The position numbers and the translations under genes were made by a program. DNA of 63,529 nt, counting the filler, from Guillardia theta CCMP2712 (taxonomy: Eukaryota > Protista > Cryptophyta): the NCBI RefSeq assembly GCF_000315625.1. It is 6 parts of 6 records of this genome, joined end to end, with 100 filler letters (N's around TTAATTAATTAA, not from the genome) between each part and the next. Parts side by side here need not be neighbours in the genome. Positions count along the whole stretch, not along the records: positions 25,365 to 43,880 come from NW_005434571.1; 5 more parts are not named here. The stretch is one strand, 5' to 3'. The notes beneath the pieces are model-generated. The model had not been told where the DNA came from, did no database searches, and saw only the letters and a program-made list of their open reading frames with translations. Position 1 is the first letter of the stretch; every line of letters begins with the position of its first letter. Positions 25,685 through 38,361 of this stretch are shown here, one piece after another.

Positions 25685-28600
25685 ATGGTTACGATGAAAG
25701 TTGCCCTTCCTGCTGATCCTTCTTTATTTAGAATTGTCTACAACGAGTCTACTCAGAAGCATTACGTCACCAATCAGACTTGGAGATACGACAAAGCTCT
25801 CCAGCGATGGGAGTCACTTGCCCCGTTGCTCAAGGCAAAGTTTTGTTCTTCTTCATCCTCTTCCTCCTCTTCCTCTTCCTTTTCCTCTTCCTCTTCCTCT
25901 TCCTCTTCCTCTTCCTCTTCCTCTTTCTCTTCCTCTTCCTCTTCCTCTTCCTCTTCCTCTTCCTCTTCCTCCACCTCCTCGTCTTTATTCTCTCCTCCCC
26001 CACCACCTGTCCTTCGCTCTCTTTGCTGCAGAAACTCTCTCATGTTTTCAGCTAATCTCAATGCTCTCCTATCTCCTCTCCCTTACCTACTCCTCATTCT
26101 TCCTCACATTCGCTTTTCTCGTCCGTTTCTCCTCCTCCGCCCTTCTCTCACTTCCTCGCTCTCTCTTCTTCCTTCACTTCTTTCCTTCCCCTTCGTCCTC
26201 CTTCACTCTCTCTCACTGCCTCAGCTCAAATCAGCTTCTCTCTTCGTCCCTCCTCGTCCTATGTGACTCCGCATCCACTTGTTACCATCTTTGCTTACTC
26301 CCTGTCTGTACTGGAATTATTTGTGCGCTGACTGGAATGCCAATCAGATCCGAGCATTGTGTGCTTGTTGTACATACCAGGGCAGGTGCGTCGTAGCAGG
26401 AGGATGCGATGAAGAGATGGTAATACCATTCACCATCACATAATTACCACATCCTGATCCTGACCCACCTCCTCCTCCACCACCACCACCACCTCCTCCT
26501 CCTCGTCCTCCTCTTCCTCCTCCTCCTCCTCTTCCTCATCCTGGGAGACATCGTCATCTCCATCTTTCCTGGCATCATCATACTCTCCTGTTCCCTACAC
26601 TTGCTCCTTCTTCTCTGGTTCTTCATCTCTGCATGTTTGTAAAAATTTTCACATCAGGACACCTTGAGCTCTATCGAGTGGCACAACCCGCGGACAGACG
26701 AGTGGACACGACTTGGCAGAATGTACAACGCGAGAGACTGCTTCTCTATCGGTGAGAGAGGAGGAGGAGGAGAGGAGAAGAGAAGAGGAGAGGGGAGAGG
26801 AGGAGAGGAGGAAAGGATGAGAGGAAGAGAGAGGAAGAGGGAGAGGGAGAGGGAGAGGGAGAGGGCAGGAGAGGAGGGAAGAGAGAGGAAGAGATTAGAG
26901 AGGAGGCAGGAGAGGACAGCAGGAAGAAACGAGGGTGTAGAAGGAGAACGAAAGGGGAAGGGGAGAGGGCGGGGCGGAGTGGGGGACGGGGGCGGGAGAG
27001 AATGACTCGATTCTGACGTTTTTCCTTCACCTCTGATATGTTCTGTCTTATCCTTCTCCTCTACTTCTCTCTCCTTCCTTTCCCCCGTCTTTTTCTCTTT
27101 GTTATCATCGCCGAACCCCAAACTTGTTGTTACCTCTTTCCTTTCATCCTCTCCCGCCGCTCAGTTGTCTCCGACGGGCATCTGCTGGGACTTGGAGGGT
27201 TTGATCATAAGGAAAGAATGGTCGCTTCTGTAGAAAGGTCCTCCTTTCTCTCCCCTCCCCCCTCTCTCTCCCTCCCCTCTTTCCATCGCTCGTTCCTTCC
27301 ACCTCTCCCCGTAAAGTCTCCCCCTTCTCCCCCTTCCTCCTTGCATTACATTCTTCCCCATCCCTCCTTCTTTCTCCACATAATTCCTCTCCCTGTTCTC
27401 CTCCCTTGCAATCTTGACTCTGCCGTGATCCTACAGGTACGATGCTTCTCAGAACTGCTGGGTAGAGGTATCATCCCTCCTGCACCCTCGTGCTTCCATG
27501 GCGGTAGTCGCTATCGACGGCTACATTTTTGCTATGGGAGGATACGATGAGAATGGAACTGTGAGAAGCGTTTTGGCTCTTTCCTCCCCTCTCCTGTCCT
27601 CTCCTGTCCTCTCCTCTCCTCTACCTCTATTAACCCCTTTCCTCCTACTTTCTGTCCTGCCATGCCCTGCTGTCCTTTCCCGTCCGTCCCATCCTACCCT
27701 GCCTTGCTCTGCCTTGCCTTCCTGCCCCAACTTGTCTTGCTCTGCCCTGTACTTGTTTCCTCTGCCCTTCTCTCATCTTTCTTGTCCTGTCCTGTTCTGT
27801 CCTGTCCTGTCCTGTCCTGTCCTGTCCTGTCCTGTCCTGTCCTGACAGCACATGCCAGGTGTCGTCAGTCTGCGAGCGTTGGGATCCTGTAGCCCATCGC
27901 TGGGACCTCGTCGCCCCCATGCTACATCCTCGCGCCATGTGCGCGGCGGCCGTGTGGGACGGGATGATCTACGTTTCGGGAGGGAAGGGATGGAGAGCGG
28001 GGGTGAAGCAGGCTGCGAGTATGAAGCGAGAAGACGACGGCGAGCAGGAGGAAGGAAGCGGTGAAGCGGGAAAGGGGAAGGAGGAGGAGGAGGAGGAGGA
28101 GTACTTGAAGGTGGTAGAGAAGTATGATCCTCAGGGAGACGAGTGGTCGCAAGTGAGCCCCCTACTCCTTCCACGAGCTCTTCACAAGATGGTTGTGCTC
28201 CCAACGAACAGAGGTCTCCGACTCTGCGCTGTCGGAGGGTTTACCGTAAGTTTTTCCTCGCAATTCGCCTTCTCCTCTCCTTTCTTTATCTCGGCCTTCT
28301 GTTCTGCTTCCTCTTCATTCTTTGACTGACTTTTCCACCTCCTCTTATCTCTTCATTCTTGTTGCCTTCTCCTCCCCTCCTTCTCCTGCCCTCCTCTCCT
28401 CCCATTCCTCTCCTCCCCTCCTGCACCTCCCCTCTGTTCACCTCCCCCGCGTTCTATTAACCTTTTTCTGATGCCCGGCGCTCATACTAGCGGCGAGGTG
28501 CTGGCGAACTGGTAGATGTTTGTCNNNNNNNNNNNNNNNNNNNNNNNNNNNNNNNNNNNNNNNNNNNNNNNNNNNNNNNNNNNNNNNNNNNNNNNNNNNN

Positions 28601-29163
28601 NNNNNNNNNNNNNNNNNNNNNNNNGTCTGCATTCATATATTTCATACGTGTTCCATATGTTGCAGCAGAAGAATGTTCTGGGTGGTCCCATTTTTTGCGG
28701 TTGATGTTCTCGGTTTGACTCACCTATCCCCACCTACCCTTACCTGGTCCGCGCCTCGCCTTCCCCCCCGTGCTCCCCCCCTCGTCGTATTTCTCCCTTC
28801 CCCCCCCCCTCCTCTCCTCCTCTCCTCTCCTCTCCTCCTTCTCCTCCTTCTCCTTCTCCTGCCGCTGCTTCTCCTTCTTCTCTCTTCCTCTCTCTTCCTA
28901 AGGCGCATGGATGGTGTAACCTTGTTAAATAGGATCGACAGAGCTTGGCAGAAAAAATGCAGGAGGTAGGAGAGGGCGGGGGAGAAGCAGGAGGAGGAGA
29001 TGGGGAAGGGAAAGCAGGAGGGGAAGGAGAAAGGAACACAAAAGCACGAGAGGTCTGCCTGTCAAGCTCGGAGTACTACGACAAGGGAAAGGACGAGTGG
29101 GAGAGCTGCGATGAGTTGGAGTTGCCCTACCCTTGTGCTGGGTTCGACATCACGACAGTTTGA
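25685..29163 (+). CDS. Kelch-repeat protein (multi-exon, microsatellite-rich introns; 5' end uncertain)
   Basis: Kelch units WRYDKALQRWESLAPL, SIEWHNPRTDEWTRLGRM, IDGYIFAMGGYD, CERWDPVAHRWDLVAPMLHPR, GMIYVSGG and VEKYDPQGDEWSQVSPL. Confidence 0.88.
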
Positions 29164-29499
29164 GTTTCCTCGTAAAACAACAAAAGAAGAAGACTGAGCT
29201 GAAGGATGAGGAGAAGTCGGATAAGGATATGAAGGGGAGGTGAAGAAAGATGAGGGAAGGAGGAGGAAGGCGGGGGAGGAACGGAGGAGGAGGAAGGAAA
29301 GGAGGAGGAGAAGGAGGGATGCAAACCATGACATTGACAGAGGTTGGGGAAAGGATTTGGGGGAGAGGGGATGCCTGAGCAGAAAAGGCGTGAAGGGAGG
29401 GAGGAGGAAGAGGAAAGGGAGGAAGGAAGGAGGTAGAGGAGGAAGGCAGATGAGGGATTGAGGGAGAGGAGGAATGGAGGGAGGGCAGGGAAGAGATAG

Positions 29500-29783
29500 C
29501 AGCGTTGCGTGAAAGAAGGAGCTCAGAACGTGACAACGACTGCTTCCTCCTGGTCTGCATGTGACCCTTGAGAGGAGAAGGACATGGGGGAGAGCGGCGC
29601 TTCCCTCTCCAAGCTGTATCCTCGACGAGATGATGACATGCTGAGAGGCACGTGAGGAGGAGGGATGGGGGCAGGTGGCGATAATGGTGAACAAAGCGCA
29701 GGCAGAGGAGGAGAAAGAGCAGCAGGTGAGGAAGCAGGAGAAGAAGCAGGTAGTGGTGGAGGAGGAGCAGGAGAAGGAAAAGG

Positions 29784-29859
<76 letters not shown>

Positions 29860-29997
29860 AATTCACCTAGCTGTCTCCGACAGGCTCGAATGTCTCCCGC
29901 CCAATAGGTTTCTCCGAACGGATGGAGCTCGCTGAGAGCTCGTAGTGAGGCAGCGCAGGATAACATAGATTGACATTATTTGACACTGACGAGGAGT

Positions 29998-30029
<32 letters not shown>

Positions 30030-30042
30030 TTGTTGTTGTTGT

Positions 30043-30080
<38 letters not shown>

Positions 30081-33000
30081 TTGTTGTTGTTGTTGATGAT
30101 GATGATGATGATGATGTTCATGATGTTGTTGATGATGATGATAGAGAGGATGATGATGGAGAGGATGATGATGATGGAGAGGATGATGACGATTATAGTA
30201 GTAGAGGACGAGGAGGAGAAATGAGGAGGAAGGAGCAGGAAAGAGCAGGAGGTGGAGGAGTGGGATGGGAAGAGGGAGGATAAAAGAGGGAAGAAAGAGG
30301 ATGGGAGAGCGAGATGGAGCAGGAGGAGGATAACGAAGAAGTAAAACTGCAATCGAGTACCTGCTTCAGGGTTTCGATGGCTCCTTTGAGTCCTGGCACA
30401 GGGAAAGAAGCGGACTGTGACGGGGACTCGTCCTCCATCGAGCTGCTCATTGAATCCTGCGCTCAGCATGAGCCAGGATGGAGGGGAAAAGAAAGAGGAG
30501 AGAAGGAGAGTACTAGAGAAGAATAGAAAGAGAAAAGAAGAGAAGAGAAGAGAAGAGAAGAGAAGTGCAGAGAAGTGCAGAGGACAAGAGAAAATAAGAA
30601 GAGGGGAAATGGGGAGGGGAGAAAAGGAGGAAAGCAGGAGATGACGAGGAGAGCAGGAGAGCAGGAGAAGAGCAGAAACGACGAGAGTGAGAAGAGCCGA
30701 CCATATGTCTTCGCTCAGCGGCCGCAAGCATCCTCGACTCCTCGGTCTTCATCCAGTTCTCGAAATTCTTCGAGACCACGTCCGAAGGGACATCAACTGC
30801 CTTCCTCCAGCTCTTGCCTGCAGGGCCTGTCAGACGTCGAGAGCTGGCTGGTCCCCATGAAGATGATGGAGAAGGACAAGAAGAAGCAGGGGTGCAAGTA
30901 GAGTACGAGCTAGAGCTAGAGCTAGAGCTGGAGCTGGAAAGGAGAAGGATGAACAGGGGCAGCAGCAGAGGAAGCAACAGGAGCAGGGGCAGGAGGTCGA
31001 GCACAAGGAGGGGTTGATGGCAGCAGACCGCTGGCAGATCGAGGGAAGGGGCTCTTTGTTCTTTGCGGGGAGTGCAACTTCGAGCTAGAGGAGAAGCAAA
31101 CAACGACCGCCGACATGTCGTCGCAGGCAACAGATTGAGGGTTAGTCATCAGGGCAGTCAGACACGCCCTCCTGTTCCCAGCTCGTCAGAAGCTCTCACT
31201 TTCAGACAGTGCTCGTATGCAACAGCAATGGAACCTCCCTTCCTCTCTCACGCACTGCCACTCGAGCTTCTCCTCCTCTCACCTCCTCGCCTCGCTGACA
31301 AGTTCCCAGCTTGCACTCTGTGCGCTCGAGTGCGAGCGGACGATCTCCATGGCCTCGTCTTGGCTGATCTTAGCCCACACGCTCGGCGACGCGATCAGCT
31401 GCCATGGCAGTGAGACAAGACAAGAGGAGCACAGCAAACGGTCACCAGGAACAAATCTTGAGATGTCACCGTCAAGCAGGACACCGGCTCTTCATGGAAG
31501 AGACCATTGGTTTGACAGCTGATCGCACAAGTCAAACAACTACCATCTCTAGTCAACCTCCCTGGTCATCACCTCATGTCTTGATGGGAGCGATCGCAGC
31601 AGCACATCTCCTGAAGGATCATCGAGTCCCTCCTGTTCGTTTGCTCGTCACTGATCAGTCCAGCATGTCTGCGGTGGCATACCATTCGCTCGCTACGTAA
31701 GCGTGCAAGCTTCCTCTCTGCATACAAAACACCTCTTGCTGGACGTTGTAGCAAACAATTATGCCATATTCCATCTTGCTTTCAAGGCCAAAGTAGACCA
31801 TCTCTAGACTCAACTGAGAGAACACAAACTGATTGCCAAACTTACATCAGTGTTGCAGTGTTCTACCTTCCTGCATACCTGGATCATATCGTACAATCCC
31901 TCGCTCTCAGGCAAACGATTGAAAACATCTTTGATTCTTTCCTGGAGCATGTCCAGGTCCTCAAAGGAAATGGATCCTTTACCGCCATCAATTAGCACAA
32001 ATAAGTCGCCCTTTGAAACCCCTGATAGCAAAACTCAACAATCAGTGTGTGATTGCTCGATATCCTACCACTCCCAATGTCTTGTAACGTGATCAGCCGG
32101 TGGTGACTTGGAACAAACTGATCATTGTGCAGAGCAGCAAGCGAGTACTTTCCGACAGATGTTATAGCCTTGTACTTGGACAAGCTGCTTTGCATTACAG
32201 TCAGCGGCTGCACTTTAAGATACATTTCCCAGCACCTCTGCTGCTCAAGGTATTGGCGAGTCAATTGCACAAACCCGCCGTCTGCGCGCATACAGTCAGA
32301 GCAGACACCTCAGGGTTACACATGGGTGGTACTCTACCATGAAGCCGGTAGATCTCGCATGCGGTAGGAAGGAGGACATGCTGATTGGAAAAGGGAAGGA
32401 GCGTCTCTTCATCTTCTGAGCGATTCTCTATCCTTGTTTCATCCGGCGTCTTCCAGTCTTGTATGCTACCCTGGTTCCCTTGGAAGGAGATCTCAAAAGG
32501 CGAGTCCGCTACTTCCCTGCTCGCAAAGCTGTTCTGGACCTGGGGGGATAATGATTCCACAGTCCTCGAGTACTCGCTAAGTGAGGTCTGTGTTGGTTCT
32601 TGAGCATCCTTGAACTCGTCGTTGCTCTGAGACTCGTCGTTGCTCTGAAAGCAATCAAACGTGCAACAAGACATGTCTTCCAAGAGCTGACAAATACTCC
32701 AGCACAGGATGAATCATGTGGAGACGATGGTCTTCTTCAGCCGCACCGTGCGTGAGCTATTGTTTGCTATCCGACATGTTTCTGTCCAGCATATCAGGGT
32801 CAGCAACTGCCTATCTAGCTGCGCATGCTTGCTGCAAAAGCAAAACTACCAAAACGTTACCACACTACAAATCACGGATCCATTGATGCAACAAAGATGA
32901 TGTCATTCTGATGGAAAACATGCACTCCCGCACGTTCCCAACACAACAAATTTCAGAAGCAAAACAGTTTGCTCTCACCCACCACTGAAAGATTCTCTCC

Positions 33001-33100
33001 TCACCATACAAGTCTGCATGCACATCTCAATCTCCACACAACTCCTCATTGCAACGTTCAACACATGACATAACTATGCACATACTCCTGACTTGGGCCT
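29500..33100 (-). CDS. Degenerate PP2C (PPM)-like protein, probable pseudophosphatase; ends approximate
   Basis: PP2C-like motifs in the expected order: LFVLIDGGKG (cf. FGVFDGHGG), EEPVSCLTVTSQDLFL|LIASPSVWAKISQDEAMEIV (cf. DxFLILASDGLWD) and ACDDMSAVVVCF (cf. DNITVVVV). Confidence 0.55.
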
Positions 33101-34824
33101 CTCATAGCTGGTAGCTTCTTCCAACCACGTCTGCTTATCTGCCTTCCAGCTATCATCGAACTATCTCAGCCTCCCGAGTCCGAGGCCCCCAGCCAATCGA
33201 GCGCTGCAATCAGCCAAGGCTCCATTCTCCTTGCTGCCAGTAACTGCCCAGTACTACGGTAACTGCCCTCCGAGGCTCCATGGCAGCCCTATCGGCATCA
33301 CGAGGGTCTAAGAAAAATCCTCGAGCTCTGCCATGCCATGATCGCATCCCTCAACATATTCTCCTGCATTGCCGCGGTCACCAGGTTCTCGATTCCGCCA
33401 TGATCATTGAAGCGCAACTGAGAGCGGCTCTGGGATAAGTTCTTCAAGGCTTGGGGCAGAAACCGTACAGTCCCCTGAAGGAGGAGCCTGACAGGATCAA
33501 CCGAGCATGCTGCTATCACCTCACTCTACCAGCTGAGCTATCAGTTCAGCCTCTCCCCAGGCTCCTTCTCCAGCTTCCTCCCCCACAGCCGCGCCGGCAT
33601 CGCAGCCACTACCACAGTCATCGCATTTCGGAGTGCGGCCCTTCTCATCGGGTGGCAACCACCCCTGGTTCTCAGGGACTAGTACCCCCTCCTCACCGTA
33701 TGTAGTAGTGACAGAAGCGGTGACCGAGTAGTAAAACCTGGTTGACTTCTCAGGCACTTTTTTGAGTGCCAGCGGCCTCGGCCCGGTCACACGGCCTGCC
33801 GGGTGCCGTGCTCCGGAGTCCGACTGAAATGAAAATTCAAAAAAAGCAAAAATGGACCTGATGACTCTTGAGTAAAATATCATTTTTGGAAGAACAGTGT
33901 AAGCCTCAGAGGCTGCTGACAGCTGACTTCGAAACGATGTAATTTTGGCTCTCTTCGTGTCACCACCTGATCCGCCCTTTTGTAATCGGGATTCGAGCAC
34001 TTCTCCATGGCCGACTCGCTATCGACTTTATCTAAGTGGATCACTAGTGTAAAATGGCAAGGTCAGTGGCCCTTGCATTTAGCCGAAGATTTCGACTTTG
34101 TTTTTGGGATGACCTAGCAGGGATTGGCGTGTGGACGACCACGGGTAGGTGGACACTACTGGCCCTTATGGCATTCTCGTATTCAGATGTGATGAATGAG
34201 AAAAGCATAAGTACATCTCAATACCAAACGGCACACCTACCTTCTTAGCAATCTCTCACGCGTGCGCAGTACCCACCCCCCAGCTAGGTACCCAGAGCAG
34301 GAAAAAAAAAATAACCCACCCCCCTTCCGTCCCATACTCCTGCACTCTTGCTATTTTTGATCTTTGGCGGGGAAGAACCCAAACACCTACCCCCTTAAGA
34401 CAGCAGATCATTCGATTGAGCTCCTATTGCCAAAGGCTACACATCTATCCTGAGGCCTCTGCAGGGATAATCCCAGCTCTACTCTGCACACTCCGCCTTG
34501 CGTCCCCCTAAAAAACCAGCGGCCACTCCCACCAGCCTGCTCAAAGATCCTCCATTCTCTCCTCCACACTGTCCTGCTCCCGCACGCCCCCCCCTCCCCC
34601 CCCCTCCTCCTCCTGCTCTTTCCCTTTCATTCCGTACCCCATACGTACCTATCATCTTCACGCCAATCACATCGAGATTTGCCAGCTGCATCTCTCCCTG
34701 CTTTCGTGTTCCAGCCTTTCCGCTACGCTGGATCAGAACGCCCTGGACAAAGTAGCAGCAGCGTCGGAAACTCTCCTCTTCAAAAGGGTAAAGGATGTGT
34801 TTCCCCGAACCGGTTTACAGTAGT

Positions 34825-35145
34825 ATGGCGTTCCAAAAGAAGATCGAGCAGCTGCATACTGATTTCACTCACTTGGAACTATCACGAAACTCATCAGGAT
34901 CCGACTCATGCCAAGCTGCGTCAGACGACCTAATGCAAATGTTTTGGAGTGAGCTGCCAGCAAATGCGTGCCCGTCATCGTCGGACAGTCCAAAGAAAAT
35001 CTGCAGTCACTGTTCAAGACTGAACTCGAAGGCCATTGACTCGCAAGGCAATGTTGAGTGTGCTGGATGCTATAGATTCTTCAAAGACTCGCAAGACAGC
35101 TTGGAAGCAACAATAGACGACCATGGAAACTTCCGGTCTACATGA
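34825..35145 (+). CDS. Small intronless protein with doubled IDxxGN motif and CxxC..CxxC
   Basis: ATG-initiated ORF of about 106 aa whose C-terminus aligns with ORF 41893-42252. Confidence 0.6.
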   Translation: MAFQKKIEQLHTDFTHLELSRNSSGSDSCQAASDDLMQMFWSELPANACPSSSDSPKKICSHCSRLNSKAIDSQGNVECAGCYRFFKDSQDSLEATIDDHGNFRST

Positions 35146-38100
35146 TTGCGTTGATCGAATCGGCTGCTCTGGCCCAGGATTGTGATCGCGGACTGACTGG
35201 GTGACTGCTCCCGAGCCACATTGCAACCGTTTGAGATCTATTGCTAGTGACCTGGAAATTTTGAAAGCTGGATCACAAGGTTAGTGCGAAATCGATGTGT
35301 GATTGATTCTTTTGCAAAATTCTGAGTAGCTTACCTATTCGTTGTACAATCATTAAAGTCATAAAGACTCTTTCCTTTTTTCCTTGGATGAATAATGACT
35401 CAGCGGCGAACCGGTGACGGGCGGCGCCACGAGTGCGCGTACTCCGGCGACCCTGGCTGCAGTGCGCCGACTCTGAGCAACGGATACCGCCAGGTTCAGT
35501 CGCGGCCGCCAGTCGGAACGCGGCGGTATGTGTCTCCGACTACCGCCTCAGGGTACCGTGCTTGGAGGAGCGATGAAGTGAAGGAGGAGGTCACTGGGGC
35601 CTCGGAGAACAACAACACATCATCCTACCCTAGGCGACTCATAGTAGAGGAGCTTCAGCTCGTAGATCGCACACCACCTGGCATGACGTCAGAAGGCTCT
35701 TCCTCCTCCCACCACTGGGCCAGTCAATACAAGTCACCTCTTTTCATTTGCGTGTTTGTCAGCCCGGATTTCATCAGCCAGCCGCATCGCTTCATGCACA
35801 GAGTTTTGACCTCCGTCGCCTTCATTTCTTGCAGCATCCTTGTCAGTTCATGATACAAGACTCATCGCAAGATCTGAACAGTGTCAGGGAAAACAAACTC
35901 TCTTCCTATCTCTACAATTGTACATCCTTTCTACCCGGCAGCCTCTCCTTTCAATGCTTTTCCTTCTAGCACAACTGGTTCTTAGAATAGTAGTCACGGT
36001 GAGGTGCCACCGTACGCCGGGGGCCGCGGGCCCGGGGCGGCACCCCCGGCCCGGTGCCACGGTGGGCCCGCCCCAGTGGCGCGGCCCGGCCAGTGCGGCG
36101 CCCGCGGGGCCCGGTCACAGCCTGGGACGGTCACTTTGAGAGTCGCGGCGCCGGGCACCATTCACACTCAGGCCGGCCAGTGAGGGCTGGCGGCCGATCA
36201 CTCGGAACTGGGCCAGTGACCGCTCCGACCGGCCCGGCCGGCGCGGCCGGGTGGCCGATGGCCGGGGAGGCTCGGAGGCTCGGGCCGGTCGCCGCCGCGT
36301 ACGGTCGGACCGTCTCCGGGACTGAGTCGGGAGGGCGGCCTCCGCCCGGCCGGCGCACCGTGGCCGGGCGGAGTGACTGGCGACCGACGGTCGACCGGGG
36401 CGGCCCAGCCGGGGGCCCGTCACGGTGCCACGGTGAGCGGAGCCTCGGAGGGCTCGGACTTTAAAAAGTTTCACAGGAGTGTGGCTCTATTTCGAGGAAA
36501 TGTTTCAACATGGTTCAAACAAACTTTCTTGGCCACCATCTCCCTCCACCCACCCATGGTGTGCTGACCCCATCTTTTATCACCCCTACCCCTTCAAAAT
36601 GGATCATTTCCTCTATTGACCCCAAATTCACAGGTTCAAAAGGTGGGTCTTTCCCATGACTTCATACCCCCACACCCTTCTCATACTACCATTTTGATTG
36701 ATACCCGTCATATTTAGAGTCCCCACCCCCCTTTTAGGCTCACTATTTTTTGGATGCTTGTCGTATGTGGTACTTGCTCTTTGCAACTCATGTACCCACC
36801 CACCTTTAGACTTCATACAGTGGAAAATGGACCGGTAGTACAGGGATAGCTCCTCAATGGTTTGAAAAGTCCATCCGATCTATTTAGTTTCGCACGAAAG
36901 AGTGGGATAAGGAGGGGTACTTTTTATTGAGATGGGTGGGGTGTCAATTTGAGGGGTGGGGTACATACTATAGGGTAGTCTCTCCACCAACCTTACGGGT
37001 AGGTGGTGATGACCGGTACTACTCCATTCATGAAGGGCCTTCAGCCCCCAAAGTTTGCTATCAGTGGTCTGGTGGATGATGTACTGCAGGGGGGTAGGGA
37101 CAGAAGGTCATATATGCCATATAGGTAGGGTACGGTTCTTCCCATGGGGTGGGCTGTTACAAATAGGTAGGGTTGAACCCCTTGGTATTATTGGACAATG
37201 GTGGGGTACTCGTTGGAAGTTGGTGGTATGAGGGGTAGGGGGGTAGGTGGGTGGTTATCACGCGTTTTGCTGGCAGAAGATGGTTGGGCAGAAATAAATC
37301 ATGCGAGGAAAAGATGTTGAGATGAAAGAGGAAAAAGTTGCGAACAATCGTATCAATGCACAGGAATGAAGTTTATGACATGCTCGTTTCATGTCTGCAC
37401 ATGTTTCTGATGATTGTGACTTGCAACTATATACGATATGGATGGTCCAGCATTTGGGAATGGATCACAACAGTGTGGCAATCATCAATTAGAAATCTCA
37501 GACTAAAGCACATGCTTGTAGCCTGACAAGTAGAGACTCAAGTCTTTACGCCAACGTGCCTAGATGTTTCTCTTAGATTCGTGCAGATTAGTATGCATGT
37601 CATCAGCAGACTTTGCTGGCAATTCAGTAGCATTTCAGCAGCTCCGTTGTGAATCCCCATTGTGAATTTGTCAAATTCAAACGCACGGGGTGATGATGAT
37701 CATACAGCCTGCAAAATTGAGCTTCAGATTACTTTGAGGGGACATGTTTCTGATCAAAATTTGTTCACCGAGCACGTAACATTACACCTTTTCTGTATTT
37801 TCATGTGTATTGCTTGTATGCTGTTGAATCCAATTTCAAGAGATCGTCAAGCTCATTTGATTATCAGTTATTGTTCTGATCTGACATGACTCATTGCAGC
37901 CTCTGCATTCACCCCTTCGACAACTCTTGCCGTGCTGCCCGTACGCACTGCAGTGTCTTGTGCTGACGACGTGACGACTGCTTCATCCAGCGCGTGCTCT
38001 CTTTGAGCACTACTACTCTTTCTACACACGCCATCCCCGTCAACTTTCGCTTCTACAACGTGACCTTGACCTTCCCCGAACCTGCTCGGATAACTGTTTG

Positions 38101-38361
38101 CTCCCAGGCCGATTCCCCCATCAAGACTGCTATTTTCTCCCCGCACAGCGGATGCGTGGGCACATATAGATCGAAATAAGAGGTGATGATATGGATCTGC
38201 ATAGTTTTGTCGTTGAGACTTTCACGACTTTAGGCTACACATATCGAGACGAAAACGTCCCCCCCACACAGCATTCATTTAGGACCATTACGCTTTTAAA
38301 GCCTTTATTGCGAATTGAAGATCGTACCATAGTTTCATAGAGGTCATACGAATCTGCAAAG

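Noticed and set aside
31960-32010. EF-hand-like DGGKGSISFEDL
   Set aside because: Better explained as the PP2C DGxxG motif given the ordered downstream PP2C motifs; canonical EF-hand ligands are incomplete.
33200-34250. Possible transposon ORF remnants (also 35550-35850, 48440-48600, 2015-2660)
   Set aside because: No recognisable transposase, gag or RT motifs; cannot be supported without a search.
36054-36474. Arg/Pro/Gly-rich ORFs over GC patches (also 40481-41478)
   Set aside because: Open only because of high GC, overlapping on both strands, with no protein motifs.
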